From: Bacillota bacterium
GTDB lineage: Bacteria; Bacillota; Clostridia; Peptostreptococcales; Anaerovoracaceae
Assembly: GCA_017543805.1 (NCBI GenBank)
Contig: JAFYFK010000204.1
Location: forward strand, 1-26,009
DNA length: 26,009 nt
Direction: 5' to 3'
The notes beneath the pieces were generated by a model. The model did no database searches. It saw only the letters and a program-made list of their open reading frames with translations, and was not told the origin of the DNA. The translations under genes and the position numbers were made by a program. Of the stretch, positions 18,201 through 24,255 are shown in pieces. Numbering within the stretch: position 1 is the first letter of the stretch; every line of letters starts with the position of its first letter.

Positions 18201-21200
18201 GATCCTGGAAGTAGACTGTTACGTCCTTTATGTTCTCAGTAAGGATCTGGCCGTTAAGAACATACTGGCCGCCCACGACCTTGATGTCAGCGAGCAGTCT
18301 GTTGCCGTTCATGGCAAGAGCGTCGACCACACCTGCGATCTTTCCGCCCTGCTGTACAAAGGCGCTCTCGAAATGAGCTCCGGTGGACGAGAAGTTCTCG
18401 ACCGTCACGAGGCCGGCCTTGGCCTTTACAGCCTTGACGCTTTCGCTGTCGACAGTCACAGCGGAATAAGTCCTGGAGGTCGCGGCGGGGACCATGGCCT
18501 CCTTAATGCTGCTGACGCCGTTATAGTTGATCAGGAAGCGTACAAGAGTGCTGGCGCACACGCGCACCGCAGGCATTTCAAATTCGCCCTCTTCGTTCGT
18601 CCAGGCGCCTGTCTTACCGTAGGACACATAGGCGTTCTCAGCCGCGATAATGTCGTTTGCGCTGCGTTCCGTGTTAAGGTTGAATGTAGAGCTCGCCACT
18701 GTGCCGCTTAAGGTCATATAGGTGAGCTTCTGGCCCGTGGGCACAGTCAGTTTGATGACATTGTCCGCAGGCTGGGGATTCGTAAGATGATAGAACGTTT
18801 CGCCGGAATAGGTCTTATTGTCGGACGTTGTCCAGCGCGCGATGCTGCTGCCGTCCTTTGCATAGGCCTCAAGCGCGTAGACGTCGTTGATGAGGACCTT
18901 CCTGGCGACGACGATGTAGTAAATGCCGTTATCGTTTGAAATGCTGACATGATTGCCGTCGGCGAAGATGCCCCTGGTCGTGTCGAGCTTTTCATACTCA
19001 GCGTCAGTGACCGTGACCACCAGATTGTTCGCATTGCTGGTGAAGACCGGCCTGAGCAGATAATGAGGTCTGTCGACGTCCTTGCCGCCGCTGTTCTTTC
19101 CGCTGAGTTCAAAGGGGATCGAACCGTTGACGTAGCCTACCGTGTTCCAGTTGACCAGGTCGCCCGTGCTGCCCTGCGTGCGCAGTTCGTAATACACGCC
19201 TACAGGCTCCATCTCATTCTCTGTTCCGTAAGCGGTGAGGATGGTCGACAGGGTCAGATTGTCACCGAGGTGGTAAGCGACACCGGTGGGAAGATTCAGA
19301 TAGCCGCTGGCATCACTCTGGATCTCCAGTTCGACATCGATATAATCGAACACCGGGCGGAAGACAAGGTCGCCCTTGTAACTCTTTCCGTTGAGATTGC
19401 CGTTTTCGGACCATTTGATCGCTCCCATTTTGTAGAGCTTGTTGATCGTTTCCGCGTCCAGATTTACAACGACGCTCGAAGTCTTGCCGTCGATAGAGGC
19501 AAAGCTCTTCCATTCTCCCGTAGCCGGGATCTGCACATCAAGGCCGACAAGCTGCAGCGGGTTATTGGTCTTGGCTGTAACAGAGAAGCTGTCTTCCGTC
19601 CAATAGCTGGCGCGGGAATTGTCTCTGCTGTCCAGGTATACCGCTTCGTAGTCTGCAAGCACGGTATCGTCGTCAACGCCGATCAGGGGCTTTACCTCCG
19701 GCGCTTCGAGCTTCACGTCAAACTGACGGAGAATATAATGGATATCCTCAACGTAAAGTTCAGGCCAGCTGTCCTGCCATCTGAAGCCCTCCGTCGCGTC
19801 TGTGTTTTCACAGTAGACACCGATGCTGGTGATCTTGGCTGCTTCCGGATCGATGGCGTTCCAGGCGCAGTAGAGCCAGTGGCCATAATACCAGCCGTCG
19901 TCATCGAAGCGGTCGTCCATCGCACTTTCGAAACGGTCCGGGTAATGACGGCCGATCCGCCAGCTGACGTCGCAGTTGTTGGCCTGACCGTAATAGTCCA
20001 GGTAGATGCCGTCGTAAGCGACTCCTTTGAGCATGGATGTCCACATATAGTAAGCAGCCCACTCTTCCACTCGGTTGTGAGTGCTGAGATAGACCTGGGT
20101 GTCGCTCTTGAAGCAGCTTCCGCTGCCGCCGGAAAGTGTGCCGGATTTGACCTGTATGGGGTCCATCGACACGGGTCTGCCGGTCTGAGCGATAGTCTTG
20201 TTGTCGAACATCAGCTCACCGTCGCCGGAAATGTTCTTCGCCGCCGGAATTATGACGTGAGTAGTCGAAAGTGTTATATTTTCATCAGAAAGAGGTGTTA
20301 TGGTCACATAAAAGTCTTTCTGCTCCGTTCCGTGGTATACAGGGATCTGTATTGAACGGGTGGTAAGACCCATGGAGAAATACAGCTTGGCGCCGATGCC
20401 GCTGTATTCATCGCCCTGCTTTGCGCTGCCGTCCCAGGAAGAGACGCGCACTCCCTTAAGCGCATTGATCCTGCCGCTGCGGTTGACGGTAATGACCGCC
20501 ACACCGTCCTCGGCATATACGGTGCTCTGAGCCATGCTTATGGTGACAGGCGAAGGTTCGTCCTCATCCCGGATGATGACAGAAACGGGGTTGACGTCTT
20601 CTCCTATCTCAAAGCCCTCGCCGGGCTTCTTGAGCATCAGCATTATCATGGCGTCGCCTTCGGCGGCGTCGGAATGCATCGGTGTAACGACAAGGAATTT
20701 GACCTTCTCGCCTGCGGAGAAATACAGGCGGTATTCCTTGCCCGGATAGCTCTCCTGTGTGGCGTCGGCCATCTCCTGATCAAACTCGTCCTCAGTCATG
20801 GTGTTGGTTCCGAGGCCGGTAAGGAGATCTCCGCCTTCAAGCTTCTGACGGTCGGATACGGTTCCTGTATATCTGTTGCGCGCGTCGCGCAGCGCTCCCG
20901 CCGAAGAAGCAGGCTTATCCGTATTGCGTTCCGTGAACCACCCAGTCTCTTCGACATCGCCGGGAATGACAGCCTCTTCTGCAGGCATTGCTTCTTCGGG
21001 CTCCCCGGGTCCTTCTTCGAGTACCGGTTCTTCAGGCTCTTCTTCGAGTGCCGGCTCTTCAGGCTCTTCAGCTTCAGGTTCATTCTGAACTGCCGGATCG
21101 CCGTTTTCGTCGAGAGGCGTTACGCTTACGGTACCTACCGTGTTGCCTTCGCCGTCCACTATCTCAGCACCGCCGTACTCGTTTATCGCATCGCCCAGAT

Positions 21201-21636
21201 CGTTTTCGTCACCGACCTCGACTTCCTCTATGCTTTCCGCATTCTGAATAAGGTCGACGATGGCATCGCCGCCGAAGACGGTCTCCGGCTCGACATCCTC
21301 TTTATATATCTCCACGGTATAGTTCTCATCGTGGCGGGCGCTCAGGTCTATGAGCTTAAGCGTTACCTCCGTCTCCACATCCGTATCGCCTGTGCGCTGG
21401 ATGGGGATGTAGAGCTTATCCGTGCTGTTTTCGCTGATAGTATAGCTGGATTCCGGTATGAAGAACCAGTTCCCGCCGTCCCGGAACTTATCCGGTACGG
21501 CCAGCGTTATCTCTTCCGTCGGGTCGATCTTTCTGACGATCTCTTCCGCAGCCCAGACTATAGTATATTGACACAACTGGGTCAGCATGAAAACTGCCAG
21601 AAGAACGGCGATGGATCTTCTGCAATGTCGCTTCAT
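12274..21636 (-). CDS. 3120-aa SLH-anchored surface protein (Calx-beta x2, beta-rich core, propeller-like region, CARDB-like x2, Big_2, 3 SLH)
   Basis: SD AGGAGG; signal peptide ending VWA; Calx-beta-like FFIPESSYTISE..RTG and VITVNRSG..GSAKQGDEY; CARDB-like VTAAVENVG and YRVANRGN; Big_2 PNVATVDEDGTVTGV..G; three SLH repeats (TRAMVV, TREQLA, TRAEIA) at ~12277-12825. Confidence 0.85.
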   Translation of the reverse strand: MKRHCRRSIAVLLAVFMLTQLCQYTIVWAAEEIVRKIDPTEEITLAVPDKFRDGGNWFFIPESSYTISENSTDKLYIPIQRTGDTDVETEVTLKLIDLSARHDENYTVEIYKEDVEPETVFGGDAIVDLIQNAESIEEVEVGDENDLGDAINEYGGAEIVDGEGNTVGTVSVTPLDENGDPAVQNEPEAEEPEEPALEEEPEEPVLEEGPGEPEEAMPAEEAVIPGDVEETGWFTERNTDKPASSAGALRDARNRYTGTVSDRQKLEGGDLLTGLGTNTMTEDEFDQEMADATQESYPGKEYRLYFSAGEKVKFLVVTPMHSDAAEGDAMIMLMLKKPGEGFEIGEDVNPVSVIIRDEDEPSPVTISMAQSTVYAEDGVAVITVNRSGRINALKGVRVSSWDGSAKQGDEYSGIGAKLYFSMGLTTRSIQIPVYHGTEQKDFYVTITPLSDENITLSTTHVIIPAAKNISGDGELMFDNKTIAQTGRPVSMDPIQVKSGTLSGGSGSCFKSDTQVYLSTHNRVEEWAAYYMWTSMLKGVAYDGIYLDYYGQANNCDVSWRIGRHYPDRFESAMDDRFDDDGWYYGHWLYCAWNAIDPEAAKITSIGVYCENTDATEGFRWQDSWPELYVEDIHYILRQFDVKLEAPEVKPLIGVDDDTVLADYEAVYLDSRDNSRASYWTEDSFSVTAKTNNPLQLVGLDVQIPATGEWKSFASIDGKTSSVVVNLDAETINKLYKMGAIKWSENGNLNGKSYKGDLVFRPVFDYIDVELEIQSDASGYLNLPTGVAYHLGDNLTLSTILTAYGTENEMEPVGVYYELRTQGSTGDLVNWNTVGYVNGSIPFELSGKNSGGKDVDRPHYLLRPVFTSNANNLVVTVTDAEYEKLDTTRGIFADGNHVSISNDNGIYYIVVARKVLINDVYALEAYAKDGSSIARWTTSDNKTYSGETFYHLTNPQPADNVIKLTVPTGQKLTYMTLSGTVASSTFNLNTERSANDIIAAENAYVSYGKTGAWTNEEGEFEMPAVRVCASTLVRFLINYNGVSSIKEAMVPAATSRTYSAVTVDSESVKAVKAKAGLVTVENFSSTGAHFESAFVQQGGKIAGVVDALAMNGNRLLADIKVVGGQYVLNGQILTENIKDVTVYFQDQNTGEIHGYFSSNVTPSKDSPAKWGWVPDGNGGGTFTLDIAQFTPKNPESWTYGDVLMCRLTTDKQTVTTAFTGEKQMVYDPVSTGYAVISDPDFKTQVFDYDIEDVASLLGVEPKTDEDGNLLADDKRASFGSFPYIGAITAAVTVVSRVVSSATASAEMDSLMADLESMGGDDDEDGLDFGDDEIAGGNAGGEGGGYTQSFVFSILVKFEETFYGGVRFMLGVVVSTGGGSGYSSQRNPYHSVGSFKAAYAENQTYNAIQNAYGLASDLDQAYNVSRIGHSAAYGARNLSNFGGPYFKIAVYVGIYIDFGYIDLSMTKDGGVGKSHDAVFMGAGGFIGFTGGVGYTWPFMLGPIPAYVNVEAGMNVTFFLGASADPNKTLAEYEKLDDFKNKSQVHAQDYSFNFEFKGRIYVSGTFGVGWYKILGARITVELVFESGYSNNVTDWFPDLFDTGWGYVTEAGFTGTIDLVITSIDVYSASWPLPLADGFMYYFQEVRRANKCISYVEKGIEDEHGTAADRATALQKCRELGDFVDKYQGDVEAIKDKTYDLKKWAYDHDIITWTTANAIEMNKQGGLVGTVMNAVLQDDEPTGLAYHTNPHVDSKWVANDGQLMAAYGTVVTKDIVENAFAQPSSKIINIGDNKFLMVFLDDSPERDAMQAATLKWTVYDATYDTWTEPQTVQNDMTADSRPNLVDAGNKVIISWASASNAKYNALKDEFAQKIGSDDPELVQQALEKDPAAAMKIFDIFTVEFNKSRPGLGPIVQLTDDDYYDDFPQAVYDGETGDYIVYYTKTDQNDSKYDSEGEKLLDLAAVSPDPDKTYSAIVYMLYNNQEDAVNTFGQTPGKGWARTYYFDNETSESVADQRQSLVEWGGQRFLPSVLIDKNGKNTDPPITDLTVASGYNGLAVYAYTVDTDFDLNTADDRALYVQTYDFNTHTTYVPVRVAGSVTEELEDYDPATRSFVMTERTRQVEVGTPKLIRNGGNTFLFWRQDGQTLKYLNVSEMFKAKVPTADKGEDAANYTEADVTWAVQPDGTFATDAKTGRQYEPRVMGVDFGSLLTADAIEITEYEVMTDEADNLYVVWTDSVAADSGADETGSSIAQEIYASAMIQQDPNGAMDPGTARWSKPYRLTRSNEFNDGLALALDKNGDLMIVHNRYSKLMAQSEAEAVRLVEQGKIGLTQDREGNYYAASLTYNSPVTLSVTRCEKVGSLEATQFEFSDTRPVANETVQVTAAVENVGLINAEGCVVEFYEYKDGVQKRKIGDTYTSDETIPVNTAKKICFNWTVPADGPDGYSIQAVIREKDAKGGYYADTKSYSDTFSIAPDFNITINELVQDGDQFSIDYRVANRGNAPAEEGTTVEIHLVGLYDDLDSDRYGNIETGLLYSKDITAQLPAKTASGSTINSSVFEDEQLLTIPASLFKYCGYDAVQINLIDKDGSIIKQSSQKLFTMDYPMNVDFNGGKALSLKSGNTASTTVSYDSTVFMAEPKAVYSIADPNVATVDEDGTVTGVNGGSTRLTMVLMPSGISKEIGVTVSGTSNNTSDDEPASSSGSSSGSAAVTAEVSGDEGSTSVTASVDGSTATITAPSEDQMKEITGAGNETGSVTVDLSGMPENVSSVVIPGETVKAIDEAIDDDADGLTVKLPNSTVTLSPKALASAAGQTAGMDLQINVAPIAKKDLNVKQTEALGDMDVQEVYEVYMTGGGKRITDLGGGTATVAVDYALKDGQKASGLTVWGISQNGEKTQIPATYTNGKLSWEMSSLASYVIAYDDKSADIANCPKDASCPIDVFTDADPKAWYHNGLHFVLENGLMAGTSKTTFAPNAHTTRAMVVAMLWRLENRPEAKAYGFTDLKAGSYYETAVNWAAANGIVMGTTETTFDPDGEVTREQLAAFLYRYAKYKGKGFSGMWSFRLDYPDADRVAGYAYEPLCWMTMNKVVQGKADGRLAPKDGATRAEIAVMFSRLVDALDK
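21014..21067. repeat. 2 x 27-bp tandem repeat encoding EEPEEP(A/V)LE
   Basis: tcttcgagtaccggttcttcaggctct / tcttcgagtgccggctcttcaggctct, 25 of 27 identical. Confidence 0.85.
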
Positions 21637-21669
21637 GAGTGTATTCCTCCTGCTTATATTACAGTCTGT

Positions 21670-21855
21670 TTAGACCTTGTCTCTTAATTCGGCAGTAATA
21701 TCACTGACGGGAACGCGGGGAGCGTTGGCTAAGCCGCGTCCGCCGGCGACATCGTCCATTACCTTGTCTTCCAGTTCCTTCAAATCGGTTTCCGGCATGA
21801 CATCCGGCGTTCCGGCTGCCTTTGCTGCTTTGTGATTCTTTTTTCTGAATAACAT
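21670..21855 (-). CDS. 61-aa peptide precursor with double-glycine-type leader
   Basis: SD AAAGGAG 8 nt before ATG 21855; leader ends ELEDKVMDDVAGG (L-12, M-7, V-4, GG); predicted core RGLANAPRVPVSDITAELRDKV. Confidence 0.75.
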   Translation of the reverse strand: MLFRKKNHKAAKAAGTPDVMPETDLKELEDKVMDDVAGGRGLANAPRVPVSDITAELRDKV

Positions 21856-21909
21856 GACTGTATCTCCTTTATGTGGTAAATAAATTTTCATTAGTATTTT
21901 AGATATTCA

Positions 21910-21984
21910 ATTATATTATATGTTTATAGATTATTACGAATAACAGGATTATATGTAAGTGGATGTTTCAAAATGAATCATTTT
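21910..21984. promoter_or_regulatory. AT-rich divergent control region with palindrome and direct repeats
   Basis: AAAATGA-A-TCATTTT (21970-21984); ATTATATGT at 21915 and 21948; minus-strand TATAAT boxes at 21910-15, 21915-20, 21948-53. Confidence 0.45.
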
Positions 21985-22012
21985 TTGTAACAGTGCTATT
22001 GCGCTTTTTTCC

Positions 22013-22041
22013 GCGACAGTTTATCCTTTGTCCTGTAAAAT
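22013..22041 (+). promoter_or_regulatory. Candidate sigma-A promoter of the regulator-kinase operon
   Basis: GCGACA (22013-18), 17 bp, TAAAAT (22036-41). Confidence 0.5.
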
Positions 22042-22061
22042 GCTGAAAGGTGCGAGATACC

Positions 22062-22652
22062 ATGACCAAGTCCTTCGGCGAGATACTTCGCCGTCTGAGA
22101 ATCGAAAAAGGCCTGTCCCAGCAGCAGCTTGCGGACAGGCTTTACGTACAGCGTCCGAGCCTCACTAACTGGGAGACAGGCCGCCGTATACCTGACGTGG
22201 TCATGATCTCCAGAATTGCAGAAGCTCTGGGCGTGGAAACTTCCGCCCTTCTGGATGCAGCAAAGGAGCCCGGAGAGGCTCCGAACGTTATGCTGGTGGA
22301 CGACGAAGCCATCATACTCGACGGCGGACTGCCTGTTTTGCGGGAAGCTCTGCCGAAAGCGAATATTGTGGGATTTACAAAGCCGCTTGAGGCGGTCGAA
22401 TACATCAGGAATCATCCCGTGGCACTGGCATTTATCGACATCGAACTGGGGCGTGCAAGCGGTCTTGACCTGTGCAGGGAGCTGCTCAGCATAAAGCCCC
22501 GTACTAACGTGGTCTTCCTCACCGCTTTCCGGGAATATTCCTTTGATGCCTGGGGCACAGGCGCCTGCGGTTTTCTGCTGAAACCTCTGGAAGCGGATGC
22601 CGTGCGCGCACAGCTTTCCTGCCTGCGTTTTCCTGTTGAGGGCCTGCTGTAA
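22062..22652 (+). CDS. Response regulator with N-terminal XRE HTH and C-terminal receiver domain
   Basis: XRE HTH LRRLRIEKGLSQQQLA..WETGRRIPD; REC motifs VMLVDDE, AFIDIEL, FLTA, LLKP; SD AAAGGTG 9 nt before ATG 22062 (alternative GTG 22050); TAATG overlap with kinase. Confidence 0.9.
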   Translation: MTKSFGEILRRLRIEKGLSQQQLADRLYVQRPSLTNWETGRRIPDVVMISRIAEALGVETSALLDAAKEPGEAPNVMLVDDEAIILDGGLPVLREALPKANIVGFTKPLEAVEYIRNHPVALAFIDIELGRASGLDLCRELLSIKPRTNVVFLTAFREYSFDAWGTGACGFLLKPLEADAVRAQLSCLRFPVEGLL

Positions 22653-23857
22653 TGGAATTGTATTACTCATCGATCATGGAGGCTGCCGCGATCCCGTTCG
22701 GAATTTCCGGACTGGTGGTTATGTATTTTGCCCGCGGCATCGACAGATGGCCAAGGCGTCTCTGCATCGCCATAATGTGCTCCTCGGTCGCAGCGGCAGT
22801 CTTAAACCTGCTTGGAAACGCCGCTTTTTATTATCACGCGTCCCTTCCTCTATGCTGGGCGGTGATTATCGCAGAAAACCTTATAGTCCCGATCCCGTCA
22901 CTGCTGATAACCGCATATCTTTTGTACTGCTCCGGAGAAGACTGGCGCAGCAGCGCATTGATGCATATTCTGGGGGCACTTACATGCATCCTGATCCTCG
23001 CTGAGATCGTGGGATACTTCACCGGCGAGCACTCCATCACCCCTGAATACAGAGTCAGCTTCGGCAGATTGTCCGTTTACTATTGGGTCCTGATGGCGGC
23101 TATGACGGTCATTTTCCTCATGGCCATCATCAGAAGATGGAAAAAGCTGACCACGCCGCAGCGAATCATTTTTCTTGTAAGCTTCATCTCTCCGTCCTAC
23201 ATACAATGTGTGCTTCTTACTCTTATCATCCTTGCAGATCTTATACACAGCTATACGAAGCAGATGGAAGAAACGGCGCGTCAGAAAACGCAGATCGCAG
23301 TACTGAAGATGCGTCCGCATTTTATCCATAACACACTGATGAGCATCTACTACCTCTGCGCAAAAGATCCCGAGAAGGCGCAGAAAGTCATAAAGGATTT
23401 CTCCCGGTACCTGCAGAACAATTTCACCGCGATCGCAGAGGAATCGACTGTCCCCTTCTCCAAGGAACTGGAGCACACGCAGGCGTATCTTGCGGTGGAA
23501 AAGGCGCGTTATGAAGGCCGGCTGTTCGTGGAATTTGACACCCCCAATACATTTTTCCGCATCCCGCCGCTTACGCTGCAGCCCATCGTGGAAAACGCCA
23601 TAAAGCACGGACTGGACCCCGACCTCGAACCGCTGTATGTTTCCGTGGTTACTGAGGATGCCGACGACGGCGTCCGGATAATCGTGGAAGACACAGGACC
23701 CGGTTATGCCCCGTCGGATGACAGACCGCACTTTGCCCTCGACAATATCCGCGAACGGCTGGAGACCATGTGCGGCGGCACTCTGCAGATCGAAAAGCGC
23801 GACGCCGGCGGCACAAAGGTGACTGTTTTTGTTCCCTGGAAAGACGTGAAAAAATAA
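22652..23857 (+). CDS. LytS/YehU-type multi-TM sensor histidine kinase, paralogue of 18..1292
   Basis: 401 aa; LKMRPHFIHNTL H-box, LQPIVENAIKHG, EDTGPG; hydrophobic N-terminal half with no large extracellular loop. Confidence 0.9.
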   Translation: MELYYSSIMEAAAIPFGISGLVVMYFARGIDRWPRRLCIAIMCSSVAAAVLNLLGNAAFYYHASLPLCWAVIIAENLIVPIPSLLITAYLLYCSGEDWRSSALMHILGALTCILILAEIVGYFTGEHSITPEYRVSFGRLSVYYWVLMAAMTVIFLMAIIRRWKKLTTPQRIIFLVSFISPSYIQCVLLTLIILADLIHSYTKQMEETARQKTQIAVLKMRPHFIHNTLMSIYYLCAKDPEKAQKVIKDFSRYLQNNFTAIAEESTVPFSKELEHTQAYLAVEKARYEGRLFVEFDTPNTFFRIPPLTLQPIVENAIKHGLDPDLEPLYVSVVTEDADDGVRIIVEDTGPGYAPSDDRPHFALDNIRERLETMCGGTLQIEKRDAGGTKVTVFVPWKDVKK

Positions 23858-23858
23858 A

Positions 23859-23898
23859 AAGATCCGCTGCGCAATATTACGCAGCGGATCTCTTTTTT
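23859..23898. terminator. Bidirectional intrinsic terminator; right copy of 32-bp direct repeat
   Basis: Same 11-bp stem hairpin as 10724-10753; followed by TCTTTTTT on + and preceded by an A-run. Confidence 0.88.
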
Positions 23899-23910
23899 CT
23901 CTAAAAAGTT

Positions 23911-24255
23911 TTAGCCTGGCGGCCACTCCATGTAGCGTTTGCCAAGCAGATGGATGTGCAGGTGGTGAACTGTCTGCCCGCCGTCCTCGCCGGTGTTTAT
24001 GACAACGCGGTAGCCGTTCTCGAGGCCGAGTTTTCCGGCTATCTCAGAGGCTTTGAGCAGCATGTGCCCGAGCAGCGCGTGGTCTTCGGCCGTGCATTCG
24101 TCCAGAGAACCCACATGCTTTTTAGGCACAATCAGAACATGGACCGGAGCCTGCGGCGCAGCGTCCTTAAACGAGCAGATCAGGTCGTCCTCGTAAACGA
24201 CGTCGGTCGGGATCTCGCCGTTTGCGAGCTTGCAGAAGATGCAGTCGTCAGCCAT
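23911..24255 (-). CDS. hinT: HIT-family nucleotide-binding protein (HinT-like)
   Basis: MADDCIFCK start behind AAAGGAG SD; HIT motif HLHIHLL. Confidence 0.92.
   Translation of the reverse strand: MADDCIFCKLANGEIPTDVVYEDDLICSFKDAAPQAPVHVLIVPKKHVGSLDECTAEDHALLGHMLLKASEIAGKLGLENGYRVVINTGEDGGQTVHHLHIHLLGKRYMEWPPG

Larger units (their letters stand above)
10722..23890. mobile_element. Putative ~13.1 kb accessory island bounded by 32-bp direct repeats; no mobility gene inside
   Basis: Exact repeat at both ends; cargo is accessory-type (surface protein, protease, peptide, two-component pair); flanks are housekeeping genes. Confidence 0.6.

Noticed and set aside
21670-21855. Calling the peptide a bacteriocin or modified RiPP
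   Set aside because: No modifying enzyme, exporter or immunity gene in the window; the core lacks Cys and is not cationic-hydrophobic. It remains possible but is unsupported.
21856-21891. 12-aa N-terminal extension of the peptide ORF given in the ORF track
   Set aside because: The extension contains the AAAGGAG SD for ATG 21855, and the upstream ATG has no SD.
10722-23890. Prophage, ICE, IS or CRISPR interpretation of the repeat-bounded block
   Set aside because: No integrase, relaxase, transposase, phage or cas genes; only two repeat copies, 13 kb apart.
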